Assembly (NCBI GenBank): GCA_963537955.1 | Contig: CAUTFW010000005.1 | Span: 12,118 to 76,117 of the forward strand | DNA: 64,000 bases | Origin: Haemophilus parainfluenzae | GTDB lineage: Bacteria; Pseudomonadota; Gammaproteobacteria; Enterobacterales; Pasteurellaceae | Reading direction: 5' to 3' | Notes under the pieces: generated by a model | Told to the model about the DNA's origin: nothing | The model's input: the letters and a program-made list of their open reading frames with translations, nothing else | Databases searched by the model: none | Shown here: positions 1-11,161 of the stretch, piece after piece | Numbering within the stretch: position 1 is the first letter of the stretch | Layout of the letters: each line of letters begins with the position of its first letter | Made by a program: the position numbers and the translations under genes

Positions 1-1023
1 GAACTTAAGTTGGGGAATACGGATTTAACCAAGGCTAATGTAGATTTTAAACTGAATGTTGATAGTGTGAAGCAAACCCCTGCCGATGAAGCGCGTAAAT
101 GGGAAGCTAAAGGCGGTAAAGTTAATATTCAGTTAGATGATTACAACGTGGCAAACGAATTGGCGTTTGTACCGTTTTTATTAGATGCTTTTGCTGAGAA
201 AGAGGCACCGTCAAAAGACAATAAAGACTTCTTGAATGCCAAAGATAAATGGGTGAGAGAATTTAGTGGCAAAACCAATATTGAGGCCGCCTTAAAATCA
301 TTTAATATGGCTGATTTAGTGCTTGATGACGTATCAGCCAGTGATAAGACGGAAACACTAGACAATGATCAATATAATGAACATATCACATTGTCAGCGA
401 ATAAAGCCAGTTACCCAAGTGCAGGCTTCCAATTTGAAAAATTAGCGATTGATGCACCATTTAAAATTAATCATAGCAAAGCGCATTTATCAGCAAGATT
501 TTGCTCAGCACCGTTTTATGTGGCCTTATGCAGCACGCATTTAACGTCAGCCACATTTGATAAATACATCAAAAACTCCTGGAAAGAGCTTGATTTAATC
601 GTTGATAATGCAACGTTAAATTTAAATCTAAATACTTATCCAGAGACCAATGCTTATCCAGTTAAATTGGAAGTAAGTGGTATTGTGCCCCAAGTGCCCG
701 AAGATGATTCATCAGACATGATTCCTGATAATATTGAAGGCACATTCAATCTAACATTAAGTAAAATGTTGTTTGATGAGCAAAATGAAAAAGCCTTAGC
801 CATTAAGGAAAATTCATACTTTTGGCAATATTTAAGTAGCTTTGTGAAATATGATGGAAAACTTCACCGAGAATTTGTGGAAGAAGGTGATAATTACGTT
901 TCTAGAGTGGAAAAAACAGAAAATGGCTACTTAATTAATGGTCGAACCCTTGAAGATCTTCGTCAGGAAAGCATGATAGAAACTGACGAGGGGGAGGAAG
1001 AAAAGCCGGCAGCGACTGACTAG
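1..1023 (+). CDS. hypothetical protein, probably 5'-truncated by the window edge
   Basis: Frame 1 is open from nt 1 (gaa ctt aag ttg), so the TTG at 10 is probably internal. Stop TAG at 1021-1023, followed by an inverted-USS terminator. No catalytic motif recognised; a resemblance to YdgA/DUF945-type proteins is only a guess. Confidence 0.6.
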   Translation, partial: ELKLGNTDLTKANVDFKLNVDSVKQTPADEARKWEAKGGKVNIQLDDYNVANELAFVPFLLDAFAEKEAPSKDNKDFLNAKDKWVREFSGKTNIEAALKSFNMADLVLDDVSASDKTETLDNDQYNEHITLSANKASYPSAGFQFEKLAIDAPFKINHSKAHLSARFCSAPFYVALCSTHLTSATFDKYIKNSWKELDLIVDNATLNLNLNTYPETNAYPVKLEVSGIVPQVPEDDSSDMIPDNIEGTFNLTLSKMLFDEQNEKALAIKENSYFWQYLSSFVKYDGKLHREFVEEGDNYVSRVEKTENGYLINGRTLEDLRQESMIETDEGEEEKPAATD

Positions 1024-1044
1024 CTGTAAAAGATAATATAAAAA

Positions 1045-1080
1045 CGACCGCACTTGTGATTCAAAGTGCGGTCATTTTTT
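1045..1080. terminator. bidirectional rho-independent terminator formed by an inverted USS pair
   Basis: ACCGCACTT (1047-1055) and AAGTGCGGT (1064-1072) form a hairpin followed by a T-run. It lies between convergent stops at 1023 and 1094. Confidence 0.85.
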
Positions 1081-1093
1081 TAGCTGTTTTTGA

Positions 1094-2056
1094 TTACTTC
1101 ACTAATCCACCACTTGCTTGTAAATCAGCATGATAGGAAGAGCGAACAAATGGACCACAGGCCGCGTGTTCAAAGCCCATCGCGTTGGCTTTTTCACGGA
1201 ACTCATCAAATTCGGCTGGTGGCACATAGCGCGCAACCGGTAAGTGATGGCGACTAGGTTGAAGATATTGACCCAGTGTAAGCATGGTGACGCCATTTGC
1301 GCGTAAGTCTTCCATGACTTGAAGAATTTCTTCATTAGTTTCACCTAATCCCACCATTAAACCTGATTTAGTTGGAATGTTTGGGAACATATCTTTGAAA
1401 TCATGAAGTAATTTTAAAGACCATTGATAATCGGCACCTGGACGAATTTCTTTATATAAACGTGGCACATTTTCCAAGTTGTGGTTGAACACATCCGGTG
1501 GATTGTCTTTTAATTTTTCTAAGGCTTGGGTAATACGTCCACGGAAATCAGGAACCAAAATCTCAATTTTAATGCCAGGGTTTAATGCACGCACTTCTTT
1601 TACACATTCAGCAAAATGACCTGCACCACGATCAGGCAAATCATCACGGTCTACAGAGGTAATCACCACATATTTCAACTTCATATCTTGGATAGTTTCA
1701 GCTAATTTACGTGGTTCATCTGGATCGGGCGGTAATGGTTTACCATGTGCAACATCACAGAAAGGGCAACGACGAGTACAAATCGCCCCTAAAATCATAA
1801 AAGTTGCCGTGCCGTGGTTAAAGCACTCGTGTAAATTTGGACAAGACGCTTCTTCGCAGACAGAATGTAGGCCATGACGACGCATCCCGTTTTTGATAGT
1901 TTCGATCTTTAATGAACTAGACGGCAATTTGATTTTCATCCATTCCGGCTTTTTCAATAATTCTTGATTAGGATCGATGTTTTTAACAGGGATGATTGAT
2001 GTTTTGGCTGCATCACGGTATTTCACACCGCGTTCCATTTTAAAAGGCGTTGACAT
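1094..2056 (-). CDS. lipA: lipoyl synthase
   Basis: Radical-SAM motif CTRRCPFC plus the auxiliary cluster [12 protein letters not shown]; full-length 320 aa; adjacent to lipB. Confidence 0.97.
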   Translation of the reverse strand: MSTPFKMERGVKYRDAAKTSIIPVKNIDPNQELLKKPEWMKIKLPSSSLKIETIKNGMRRHGLHSVCEEASCPNLHECFNHGTATFMILGAICTRRCPFCDVAHGKPLPPDPDEPRKLAETIQDMKLKYVVITSVDRDDLPDRGAGHFAECVKEVRALNPGIKIEILVPDFRGRITQALEKLKDNPPDVFNHNLENVPRLYKEIRPGADYQWSLKLLHDFKDMFPNIPTKSGLMVGLGETNEEILQVMEDLRANGVTMLTLGQYLQPSRHHLPVARYVPPAEFDEFREKANAMGFEHAACGPFVRSSYHADLQASGGLVK

Positions 2057-2117
2057 TTTTCTTTCCTAAAGAAAATGCCTGATTCAGGCATTTTTAAATA
2101 TTTTATAAAAGTGAATG

Positions 2118-2759
2118 TTATAAATTTGTAACATTATAGCCCAAAAGTTCGGCAAAGTGTTTAATTAATTTTGGGGAAACTTTGTCAAGTGTCGCTTCTT
2201 CTTTACCAATAAAGTCAGCAAGTTGACACATTTCAAGCCCGGCATAGCCACAAGGATTAATGTAATGGAAAGGATTGAGATCCATATTGATATTAAACGC
2301 GAGCCCATGGAAAGAGCAGCCTTTTCGAATGCGTAAACCTAATGAACAGATTTTTTTGCCATCAATATACACACCAGGTGCATCAGGTTCGGGATAACCT
2401 TCAATGCCGTAGTCTGCAAGGGTTTTCACAACAGATTGTTCAAGTGCGGTCACTAATTGGCGAACATTTAAATGTTCATGGCGCTTGATATCAATGAGCA
2501 CATACATAACCTGCTGACCAGGACCATGATAGGTAATTTGGCCTCCACGATCCGATTGTACAACAGGAATATCACTGCGTTGTAATAAGTGTTCTGGTTT
2601 GCCAGCTTGGCCTTGTGTGAAAACAGGATGATGCTCAACTAGCCAAATTTCATCGGTGGTTTCTGCATTTCGATTATCGGTGAATTCCTGCATTTTATGC
2701 CAGATTTCCTGATAATCTTGTAATCCTAATTGACGGACAATTAAATCAGTATTGCTCAT
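2118..2759 (-). CDS. lipB: octanoyltransferase
   Basis: [12 protein letters not shown] and NPCGY motifs. Start trimmed to MSNTDLIV (ATG 2757-2759) because the longer track ORF would overlap ybeD. Confidence 0.92.
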   Translation of the reverse strand: MSNTDLIVRQLGLQDYQEIWHKMQEFTDNRNAETTDEIWLVEHHPVFTQGQAGKPEHLLQRSDIPVVQSDRGGQITYHGPGQQVMYVLIDIKRHEHLNVRQLVTALEQSVVKTLADYGIEGYPEPDAPGVYIDGKKICSLGLRIRKGCSFHGLAFNINMDLNPFHYINPCGYAGLEMCQLADFIGKEEATLDKVSPKLIKHFAELLGYNVTNL

Positions 2760-2760
2760 C

Positions 2761-3039
2761 TTAGAGAACCATTTTGACGCCTTCAACTTTTGCAAGTTCT
2801 TTATAGAGTGTCTCTACTTGCTCAAAATTTTGCGCGACGATATCAATCGAAACTGAATTATAAGTGCCTTTACTACTGCGTTTTTCCTTTGGAATATAAT
2901 CACCCGGTAAATATTTTTGTATCACTGCTACGATGTCTTGCGCTAAACCTTCACGGTTAACACCTGCGACTTTAAATGTCATTGCAGCAGGGAATTCCAT
3001 TACTTCTTTTAGTTTTTCATAATCGTTTTCGGTTGCCAT
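2761..3039 (-). CDS. ybeD: UPF0250/DUF493 protein YbeD
   Basis: 92-aa protein in the conserved dacA-ybeD-lipB position; sequence typical of YbeD. Confidence 0.85.
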   Translation of the reverse strand: MATENDYEKLKEVMEFPAAMTFKVAGVNREGLAQDIVAVIQKYLPGDYIPKEKRSSKGTYNSVSIDIVAQNFEQVETLYKELAKVEGVKMVL

Positions 3040-3147
3040 GTTGTTTCCTTAATTTAAGAATAAGGTGCGTGAATCAGCTAAATTCACACACCTTACGAAT
3101 TTATTGATGTGATATAAATGGGGAAGTGCGGTTAATTTTCAAGGTGT

Positions 3148-4335
3148 TTAGTCAAATAATCCTTTAACTGTTAACACTAACCAGTCCCAACCTTTACCTA
3201 AGAAGCCGCCTTCTTGTACATCTTCTAATGCTTGAAGATTCAGGGTGGCGACATCTTTACCATCTAATTGATAAACAATTTTACCCACCACTTGACCTTT
3301 TGCTAAAGGTGCTTGTAAGTATTTGTTATCTAATTCATAACGTGCTTTTAAGTCAGCTTGTTTACCTTTGGGCACGGTAATAAAACCATCTTGCAATACA
3401 CCAACTTTTACCTCACCTTTATCACCGTAGTAAACCGATTGTTTTGAAATTTCTTCATTGGCTTTGTAGGTTTTTAAGGTTTCAAAGTTAGCAAACCCCC
3501 ATTGTAAGAGTTTTTTACTTTCGACTTCACGGCCTTTATAAGTTGGTACACCCATGACAACAGAAATCAAACGCATATTGTTTGGACTTGTGGCTGATGC
3601 GACAAGGTTATAACCAGCTTGGCTTGTGTGACCGGTTTTCATACCATCAACATTAATGGTTTTATCCCATAATAAGCCATTACGGTTAGGTTGTTTGATT
3701 TTGTTGAACGTAAAGTCTTTTTCTGCGTAGATTTTATATTCTTCCGGTAAATCACGAATAATATGCGCACCAATAATCGCCATATCACGTGCAGTTGAAT
3801 ATTGGTTTGGATCGTCTAAACCATGTGGTGTGGTGAAGTTAGTATTTTTTAAGCCAAATTGTTGAACGTATTTATTCATGGTATCAACGAAGTTGGCCAC
3901 GGTACCCGAAATATGTTCAGCTACAGCAACACAGGCATCATTACCAGAAACAATGATAATCCCTTTGTTTAAATCACCCACTGACACTTGTTGATTTAAA
4001 TTTAAGAACATTTTTGACGAATCAGGGAAATTTCTACCCCAAGCGCTTTCGCTAATTGTCACCATATCTTCATTATGGATTTTACCTTGTTTTAATGCTG
4101 CACCAACCACATAGCTAGTCATCATTTTTGTTAATGAAGCAGGATATTGGCGTTGGTCTGGGTTAAGTGATGCAAGTACCGCACCAGAATTGTAATCCAT
4201 TAAAATATAAGTTTGCGCATTCACTTCCGGTACTGCGATACCGTATTGAATGTCTTCAGCCGCAGCAAATGTTGAGGCTGCCATTAATCCCGAGAATAGT
4301 ACAATTTTTTTCAATTTTGCAGATTGTTTTAACAT
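3148..4335 (-). CDS. dacA: D-alanyl-D-alanine carboxypeptidase (PBP5/6 class)
   Basis: Signal peptide, SLTK (SxxK), SGN and KTG motifs; C-terminal amphipathic anchor. Confidence 0.93.
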   Translation of the reverse strand: MLKQSAKLKKIVLFSGLMAASTFAAAEDIQYGIAVPEVNAQTYILMDYNSGAVLASLNPDQRQYPASLTKMMTSYVVGAALKQGKIHNEDMVTISESAWGRNFPDSSKMFLNLNQQVSVGDLNKGIIIVSGNDACVAVAEHISGTVANFVDTMNKYVQQFGLKNTNFTTPHGLDDPNQYSTARDMAIIGAHIIRDLPEEYKIYAEKDFTFNKIKQPNRNGLLWDKTINVDGMKTGHTSQAGYNLVASATSPNNMRLISVVMGVPTYKGREVESKKLLQWGFANFETLKTYKANEEISKQSVYYGDKGEVKVGVLQDGFITVPKGKQADLKARYELDNKYLQAPLAKGQVVGKIVYQLDGKDVATLNLQALEDVQEGGFLGKGWDWLVLTVKGLFD

Positions 4336-4356
4336 AGCATTTCCTTTAATAGCTTA

Positions 4357-5229
4357 TTAGTTTTTATAAGTATAAACGATTACGGGTTGCCCATTGATCG
4401 TTTTTTGTAGTTTTGTTTTTAATTGATTCATATCCGCTTGATCCGCGATTGGTCCAAAATGAATTTCGTAGTTTCGCCCATTTTGGTTAATTTCGGTTTT
4501 TATGTCGTCTAACGCGAGCTTTGTGATGATGCTTTCTGCTTGATTTTTTGACGACAGAGCGAGTAGTTTTAGCTTGAAGACAGTTTTTGCATCGTTTGTG
4601 CTGTCTAAGTTTTGATTTTTTTTTTCGTTATTTTTATTGATAACTAAACGATCACTGGCTTCTTGCGTTTTAGCATGCTTGGCGAGTATTTTTGCCCCCG
4701 CACCTGAAATTTGACCTTTGTGATCCACATGTAAAGCTTCAATTCTTACTTGCCCTGTACCACGAGCAATAAGGCCTAATTCTTTCGCTGCAGAATGGGA
4801 TAAGTCAATGATACGTTTCTCACTGAATGGACCGCGATCATTAATTCGCACAATCACTTTGCGATTATTATGCAAGTTTGTGACAACAGCATAAGAGTTT
4901 AAAGGCAACGTTTTATGGGCAGCAGTGAAAAGAGCCGAATTATAGCGTTCACCATTAGCTGTTTTACGACCATTAAATTTATGGTGGTAATAGCTTGCTG
5001 TCCCTTCTTTTGAATAGGATTTGGCTTCATCACCTTGTGTGGTGTATGTTTTACCATTCACTTCATAGCTTTGTGGCGCTTGAACGGTCGTAGTAATCGA
5101 CAGCGAATCCCCTTGAATACCATACATTTTTTGCGTATCAGCAAAAGCAGAGAAACTTGAGCTGCTTATCAAGGTGAAAAGTGCGGTCGTTTTTAAGATG
5201 TTTTTTAATGTCATACTTATTACTTTCAA
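4357..5229 (-). CDS. rlpA: septal ring lytic transglycosylase RlpA (DPBB plus SPOR domains)
   Basis: DPBB region ASYYHHKFNGRKTANGERY and a C-terminal SPOR-like domain; conserved rodA-rlpA-dacA order. Confidence 0.88.
   Translation of the reverse strand: MKVISMTLKNILKTTALFTLISSSSFSAFADTQKMYGIQGDSLSITTTVQAPQSYEVNGKTYTTQGDEAKSYSKEGTASYYHHKFNGRKTANGERYNSALFTAAHKTLPLNSYAVVTNLHNNRKVIVRINDRGPFSEKRIIDLSHSAAKELGLIARGTGQVRIEALHVDHKGQISGAGAKILAKHAKTQEASDRLVINKNNEKKNQNLDSTNDAKTVFKLKLLALSSKNQAESIITKLALDDIKTEINQNGRNYEIHFGPIADQADMNQLKTKLQKTINGQPVIVYTYKN
4616..4625 (-). repeat. A10 homopolymer inside the rlpA coding sequence
   Basis: Plus strand is T10; the coding strand reads gaa aaa aaa aat (E K K N) in the linker between the DPBB and SPOR domains. 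Confidence 0.9.
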
Positions 5230-5267
5230 GATTATCGGTGCTCTTCATAAGAAAGCCAAAAGGGAAA

Positions 5268-6383
5268 TTAGTTCCCTTTCATAAAGCGAGGTTTGTGAGT
5301 ATGAATGGACATCACTAAACCAAAGCTTGCCATGATGGCGACATATGAGGTACCGCCGTAGCTAAAGAGTGGTAAAGGCACCCCTACAACAGGCAAAATG
5401 CCACTCACCATACCAATATTCACGAAGACATAAACGAAGAATATCAGTGTGGTTGCACCAGCAAGAATACGCCCAAAAGAGGTTTCTGCATTTACCGCAA
5501 TTATTAAGCCACGGATAATAATAAACAAATAAATTGCCATCAGAATAAGAAAACCGACCATTCCATGTTCTTCACTCATCACGGCAAAAATAAAATCAGT
5601 GTGTGGTTCAGGCAAAAATTCTAATTGGGATTGTGTCCCTTGCATCCATCCTTTGCCAGATATACCGCCTGAACCGATGGCAATTTTGGATTGCAAAATA
5701 TGGTAACCCGCCCCAAGTGGATCTTTCTCGGGGTCAAGTAAGGTTAATACACGCATGCGTTGGTAGTCATGCATTAAATACATCCACATGATAGGAATAA
5801 ATGCCGCTAAGCCAACTACAGCAGCAAGAATAAGCCACCAACTCATCCCTGCTAAGAATACCACGAATAAGCCCGATGCACTAACCAGAATTGATGTACC
5901 TAAGTCAGGTTGAATAGCCACAAGTAAAGTTGGCACAATAATCATGGCGATAGCAATAAAGGTTTCACTCATTTTCGGTGGTAGCGGACGGTTACCTAAA
6001 TATACCGCAACCATTAATGGTACCGCGAGTTTGACAATTTCAGAAGGCTGAAAGCGAATAAATCCAAGATCTAACCAACGTTGCGCCCCTTTACTGGTTG
6101 TACCGATAGCATCAACCAAAATCAGCATGATAAAACCCACCAAATATAAGTAAGGGGCGAGTCGCTGATAAAATTTAGGAGGAAGTTGCGCCATAATCAT
6201 CATCACAGCAAAACCTAATATGACCTGAATAATACGATTTTGGAACATGACTTCACTGGCGCCTGATGCACTATAAAGTACAAGCATGCCATAAGCTGTA
6301 ATAGCGGCTAATCCAATAAATAATAAAAAATCAATATGTAAGCGTTGCCATAATCGCAAGCATAAAGGCACTTTTTCTTCCAT
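5268..6383 (-). CDS. rodA: peptidoglycan glycosyltransferase RodA (SEDS family)
   Basis: Polytopic membrane protein with the [10 protein letters not shown] motif; overlaps the mrdA stop by 1 nt. Confidence 0.95.
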   Translation of the reverse strand: MEEKVPLCLRLWQRLHIDFLLFIGLAAITAYGMLVLYSASGASEVMFQNRIIQVILGFAVMMIMAQLPPKFYQRLAPYLYLVGFIMLILVDAIGTTSKGAQRWLDLGFIRFQPSEIVKLAVPLMVAVYLGNRPLPPKMSETFIAIAMIIVPTLLVAIQPDLGTSILVSASGLFVVFLAGMSWWLILAAVVGLAAFIPIMWMYLMHDYQRMRVLTLLDPEKDPLGAGYHILQSKIAIGSGGISGKGWMQGTQSQLEFLPEPHTDFIFAVMSEEHGMVGFLILMAIYLFIIIRGLIIAVNAETSFGRILAGATTLIFFVYVFVNIGMVSGILPVVGVPLPLFSYGGTSYVAIMASFGLVMSIHTHKPRFMKGN

Positions 6384-8359
6384 TATTCATTCTCACTTGG
6401 TTGAGATTCTAGTGCTGGCGCATCTAAATCAGTTTGGTCCGTCTTTTTCTCTTTTTCAGCATTTTCTTGACGTTCAATTTGTGGCAAGCGTTTATTCAAG
6501 TAGAAATCCATAATTTGCCGTGCAATTGGTGCCGCATTACTTGAGCCACCTCCCGCATTTTCTAAAATAATGGTGACAACTAATTTCGGATCTTCATAAG
6601 GCGCATAAGCCGTGAACCAAGCATGGTCATGGAGTTCTTTTTTCAATCCCGCTGCATTATATTTTTGGTTTTCTTTTAAGCTGAATACCTGTGCGGTACC
6701 CGATTTTCCTGCTACATGGTAATTTGTGCCGATAAAGGCTTTTCGTCCTGTCCCTGCACCTGAGTTTACCACATTGAACATCCCGCGCTTAGCCGCATCC
6801 CAATAAGCTTGTTTCGGCTCGGTAATATCTTCATATAAAAGTGGGTCTTGATACGGCTCAATGGTGGCACCTTCAACGGATTTCATTAAATGTGGCGTAT
6901 GAATTTTACCGTTATTGACCACAATAGAGGTCGCTTTTGCCACTTGTAATGGTGTCGCTGTCCAATAACCTTGACCAATCCCCACTGAGATTGTATCGCC
7001 TTGCACCCAAGGTTTTTTATAACGTTTTTGTTTCCATTCTTTACTCGGCATATTGGCCGTGGCTTCTTCTTGAATTTCAATACCTGTCGGCATACCAAAC
7101 CCAAAACGTTTCATCCACATGGAGAAACGATCAATACCTAAATTAAAGGCGGTTTGATAGAAGAAGGTATCCGATGATTCAGTAATAGCTTTGTTTAAAT
7201 CCGTATAACCATGTCCTGTTTTTTTCCAATCTCGGAAACGTTTTGTTGAGTTTGGCAATGTCCAGTAGCCTGGGTCAAAAATTGTGGTATTAGGCGTAAT
7301 CACCCCTTCAGTTAATGCTGCAACAGCAACGAATGGTTTTACAGTAGAGGCAGGCGGGTACACACCTTGTGTCGCACGACTGTAAAGCGGTCGAGTAGGA
7401 TCTTCTAGTAAACGTTTGTAATCACTAGAAGAAATGCCATCGACGAATAAATTATTGTCATAGCTTGGGGTTGAAACCATCGCTAATACACTGTTATCTT
7501 TCGGATCAAGCACAACAACAGCGCCTTTTTGTCCTGAAAGTAAGGACATAATATAACGCTGAAGGGTAAAATCGATAGTCAGATGAATACTTTTACCTGC
7601 GGTGGCGGGTTGCTCACGTAATTTACGAATAACTTTCCCACGGTTATTAATTTCAACCTCTTCGAAACCGGTTGTACCATGGAGTTGTTCTTCGTAATAA
7701 CGTTCAATACCCAGTTTCCCCATGTCCGTAGAACCGGAATAGTTAGCAAATTTTTCTTCTTTTTTTAGGCGCTCAACATCTCGGTCATTAATGCGTCCAA
7801 CATAACCCAAAATATGAGTCATGGCTTCGCCATATAGGTAATTTCGTTTGAAATAAGGACGTACATCAAGGCTTGGATATTTATACTGGTTTACTGCAAA
7901 ACGGGCAATTTGTTCTTCCGTTAAGCTTGGTTTGAGTAAAATTGGCGTATAGCGAGTACCACGACGACGCTCTTTTTTGAAATGCTCAATGTCTTCATTA
8001 GTGAGTCCTACAACATAGCGCAATTCTTCAAAAGTGCGGTCTAAATTTTCCGTTTTTTCCGGCACGATATATAAACCGAAAAAAGTGAGGTTTTCTGCCA
8101 GTAATTCGCCGTAACGATCGTAAATTAATCCGCGAGTAGGAGGAAGTGGAAGCAATTTAATACGGTTACCATTCGAGCGAGTCTGGTACATGTCGTAATT
8201 CACCACCTGAAGATGGTAAATATTGGCAAATAGCACGCCACTTAGGGCTAAAATACCGATGAATGCCACCAATGTTCGACGTGCAAATAAGTTCCGCTCC
8301 GCTTTTTTATCGCGGATCGGTTCATTGGTGGGTGAAGAAAAGAATTTTTTTAAATTCAT
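6383..8359 (-). CDS. mrdA: penicillin-binding protein 2 (elongasome transpeptidase)
   Basis: STVK (SxxK), SSD and KSGT motifs; N-terminal membrane anchor; upstream of rodA. Confidence 0.95.
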   Translation of the reverse strand: MNLKKFFSSPTNEPIRDKKAERNLFARRTLVAFIGILALSGVLFANIYHLQVVNYDMYQTRSNGNRIKLLPLPPTRGLIYDRYGELLAENLTFFGLYIVPEKTENLDRTFEELRYVVGLTNEDIEHFKKERRRGTRYTPILLKPSLTEEQIARFAVNQYKYPSLDVRPYFKRNYLYGEAMTHILGYVGRINDRDVERLKKEEKFANYSGSTDMGKLGIERYYEEQLHGTTGFEEVEINNRGKVIRKLREQPATAGKSIHLTIDFTLQRYIMSLLSGQKGAVVVLDPKDNSVLAMVSTPSYDNNLFVDGISSSDYKRLLEDPTRPLYSRATQGVYPPASTVKPFVAVAALTEGVITPNTTIFDPGYWTLPNSTKRFRDWKKTGHGYTDLNKAITESSDTFFYQTAFNLGIDRFSMWMKRFGFGMPTGIEIQEEATANMPSKEWKQKRYKKPWVQGDTISVGIGQGYWTATPLQVAKATSIVVNNGKIHTPHLMKSVEGATIEPYQDPLLYEDITEPKQAYWDAAKRGMFNVVNSGAGTGRKAFIGTNYHVAGKSGTAQVFSLKENQKYNAAGLKKELHDHAWFTAYAPYEDPKLVVTIILENAGGGSSNAAPIARQIMDFYLNKRLPQIERQENAEKEKKTDQTDLDAPALESQPSENE

Positions 8360-8374
8360 CGGTAATGTAATACG

Positions 8375-8842
8375 TTATTCTCTGTGATAAGGGTGGTTTG
8401 TCGTTAGTGACCACGCGCGGTATAAACTTTCTGCCACGACAACACGCACTAATGGATGGGGAAGTGTGAGTGGTGAAAGTGACCAACTTTGTTCTGCTGC
8501 TGCTTTGCATTCAGGGGATAAGCCTTCGGGCCCCCCAATAAGCAAGCAAACATCTCGACCATCATTTTTCCAACCCTCTAATTGCTCAGCAAGTTGTGGT
8601 GTTGTCCAAGGTTTGCCTGGGATATCTAATGTGACTACTTTGCCTTTTCCACAAGCGGCTAGCATCGCTTTGCCTTCTTGCTCTAGGATGCGTTTAATAT
8701 CCGCATTTTTTCCACGCTTGCCCGCTGGGATTTCAATGAGTTCAAAAGGCATGTCTTTAGGAAAACGACGTTGGTATTCTTCAAATCCGGTGGTAACCCA
8801 AGCCGGCATTTTGGTGCCCACTGCAATTAATGTGATTTTCAT
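8375..8842 (-). CDS. rlmH: 23S rRNA (pseudouridine1915-N3)-methyltransferase
   Basis: SPOUT-family 155-aa protein ending in [15 protein letters not shown]. Confidence 0.93.
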   Translation of the reverse strand: MKITLIAVGTKMPAWVTTGFEEYQRRFPKDMPFELIEIPAGKRGKNADIKRILEQEGKAMLAACGKGKVVTLDIPGKPWTTPQLAEQLEGWKNDGRDVCLLIGGPEGLSPECKAAAEQSWSLSPLTLPHPLVRVVVAESLYRAWSLTTNHPYHRE

Positions 8843-8881
8843 CCTTTTCCCTTTTAAAACACCGTCAAAATTGACCGCACT

Positions 8882-9190
8882 TTATGCCCAAAGTTTTTCT
8901 AATTGATACATTTCACGTGCATCGCGCTGCATAATGTGAACGATGGTTTGACCGAGATCAACCACGATCCAATCTGCTGTATTGCGACCTTCTTCACCAA
9001 AGGTTTCATAACCGGCTTTTTTACATTCTGCGATAAGGTTATCGGCCATAGCTGCGACTTGGCGGCTAGATGTACCGGTACAAATAATCATATTTTCAGT
9101 AATCGATGATTTGCCTTTTACATCAAAATGCACAATTTCGGTGCCTTTTAAATCATCGAGTTTATCAATTACAAATTCAACTAATGACAT
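8882..9190 (-). CDS. rsfS: ribosome silencing factor
   Basis: 102-aa YbeB/RsfS family, C-terminal [19 protein letters not shown]; precedes rlmH as in E. coli. Confidence 0.9.
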   Translation of the reverse strand: MSLVEFVIDKLDDLKGTEIVHFDVKGKSSITENMIICTGTSSRQVAAMADNLIAECKKAGYETFGEEGRNTADWIVVDLGQTIVHIMQRDAREMYQLEKLWA

Positions 9191-9306
9191 TTCTTTTCCT
9201 ATCTAAATAAAGCGATGAATTCTATCATTGAATGAGGGAAAGGGGTAGGCTTGGGGCTGATTTTATTTGAATTGTTTTATGGTCGTAATGCTGCTTAGTA
9301 ATAAAA

Positions 9307-9331
9307 CTTGGGGCAGTTATTCTGCCCCAAG
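9307..9331 (-). terminator. rho-independent terminator after the YidE/YbjL-type transporter gene
   Basis: Hairpin CTTGGGGCAG-ttatt-CTGCCCCAAG followed on the minus strand by TTTTAT. Confidence 0.8.
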
Positions 9332-9343
9332 TTTGAAAGGGTA

Positions 9344-10996
9344 TTAAACCCATAAAAGAATTGCTAACAATTGCGGTGAAATGATCCGTAAGAACATGGT
9401 GAGCGGATAGACTGTCGCATAGGAGAGTGCAGCGGCACCGCTTCCTTCTTTCAGTTCATTGGCGAAAGCAAGCGCAGGAGGATCAGTCATTGACCCCGCT
9501 AACAGGCCACAAAGAGAAAGATAATTTAATTTTACATATAAACGTGCAATGATACCTACAATCATTAATGGTACAAGAGTGATGAAAATACCGTAGCCCA
9601 TCCATTCAAGACCGGAACCATTGGTGAGTGTATCTACAAAGCTACCGCCAGATTTTAAACCGACTACAGCAAGGAAGAGCACAATACCAATTTCGCGCAA
9701 CGCCAAGTTCGCACTTGGCGGCATAAACCAATAGAGTTTTCCGATAGACCCAATTCGAGCCAAGATCAATGCGACGACTAACGGTCCGCCTGCTAGCCCT
9801 AATTTTAATGCCACAGGGAAACCTGGAATATAGAAAGGAATGGATCCGAGTAATACCCCTAAGCCAATCCCAATAAACACTGGTAACATTTGAACTTGAA
9901 GTAGTTTTTGTTTAGCGTTACCAATAACTGAAATGGCTTGGTTGAGAATGTCAGTTTTTCCAACCATGTGTAATACGTCACCAAATTGAAGGGTAGTATG
10001 GGCAGTTGGTACCAATTCCACACCTGCACGGTTTAAACGCGAAATGACAACACCATATTTTTGATGAATGCCGAGATGACGAATTTGTTTTCCGAGTACT
10101 TTTTCATTGGTGACGACCACGCGCTCAGAACGAATCTCTCCACTCAAGCTGGCTACCGGGATATCAACTTCTTCCCCAATGATAAGGTGCATTTTTTTCA
10201 AGCCTTCAGGATTGCCGACCAAATGTAAAATATCCCCAAGTTGAACATCGGTATCCGCTTTCGGCACAATAACAAGCTCACCCCGTTTCAAGCGAGAGCA
10301 GACAACATCTTCATCATCAAAACCTGGAATTTCAATCAAATGGATACCATTGAGATTAGTATTGGTGACTTTCAGAGACATGCTTTTGAGTGCGTCTTTG
10401 TCATGACCACTTTCTTTTTCAAAATTTGCTGCTTCCTCATCCACTTTAATTTTAAAGAAAAGACGAATAAGCCACATAGAAAGTAAAATGCCACAAATTC
10501 CAAAAGGATAAGCCATTGCATAGGCCATCCCCATGTTAGACGTCGTTTGCGACATGCCTAATTCAGAAAGAATTTGCTGACCCGCACCGAGAGAGGGGGT
10601 ATTGGTGACCGCACCGGAGTAAATACCAAGCGCGACATCAAGAGGAATATCCGCAAGCTTATAAATGAGTATTGTCACCACTGCACCAAGTGCAACGATT
10701 AAAATGCCTAATCCATTTAAGGTTAAGCCTGATTTTCGTAAGGAAGCAAAAAAGCCCGGCCCCACTTGAATACCAATCGTATAAACAAACAGAATTAAGC
10801 CGAACTCTTGCACGAAATGTAATGTATGGCTATCTAATTTAATGCCATATTGGGTGGTAAAATGGGCAACTAAAATCCCACCAAATAGCACGCCCCCAAT
10901 ACCCAGACCTACACCTTTAATTTTAAAATGCCCGATCCATAGGCCAATCACGGCAACGAGGGCAAGCAAACTAATGGTAATCGCAGTTTCACTCAT
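9344..10996 (-). CDS. putative transporter, AspT/YidE/YbjL family with two central TrkA-C (RCK_C) domains
   Basis: 550 aa with internally duplicated membrane halves flanking two soluble RCK_C-like segments. Confidence 0.85.
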   Translation of the reverse strand: MSETAITISLLALVAVIGLWIGHFKIKGVGLGIGGVLFGGILVAHFTTQYGIKLDSHTLHFVQEFGLILFVYTIGIQVGPGFFASLRKSGLTLNGLGILIVALGAVVTILIYKLADIPLDVALGIYSGAVTNTPSLGAGQQILSELGMSQTTSNMGMAYAMAYPFGICGILLSMWLIRLFFKIKVDEEAANFEKESGHDKDALKSMSLKVTNTNLNGIHLIEIPGFDDEDVVCSRLKRGELVIVPKADTDVQLGDILHLVGNPEGLKKMHLIIGEEVDIPVASLSGEIRSERVVVTNEKVLGKQIRHLGIHQKYGVVISRLNRAGVELVPTAHTTLQFGDVLHMVGKTDILNQAISVIGNAKQKLLQVQMLPVFIGIGLGVLLGSIPFYIPGFPVALKLGLAGGPLVVALILARIGSIGKLYWFMPPSANLALREIGIVLFLAVVGLKSGGSFVDTLTNGSGLEWMGYGIFITLVPLMIVGIIARLYVKLNYLSLCGLLAGSMTDPPALAFANELKEGSGAAALSYATVYPLTMFLRIISPQLLAILLWV

Positions 10997-11161
10997 ACCG
11001 ACCTCTAATTTATTAAAAATTTAACTATTTCGGATTATATCAATTAGATTTCTTACCCGCTTGTGACAAAGTCAAAAAATGTTATCTCCATCACATTTTT
11101 TCTTGCTTAAAAATAAACACCGCCTAAAATGACCGCACTTTTTTGATTTTATAGGTTGATT

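Noticed and set aside
2760-2795. N-terminal extensions proposed by the ORF track for lipB, rhlB, pilA, thyA, lepA, rnc, mutM, rpmB, menF, alaA, nrfA and yacG.
   Set aside because: In each case an internal start gives the canonical family N-terminus, a better RBS and no overlap with the upstream gene. For MutM the catalytic Pro2 requires the internal ATG.
8466-8906. 146-aa plus-strand ORF antisense to rlmH, and the 8322-8510 minus-strand ORF.
   Set aside because: rlmH on the minus strand is full length with a conserved C-terminus. The others are shadow ORFs.
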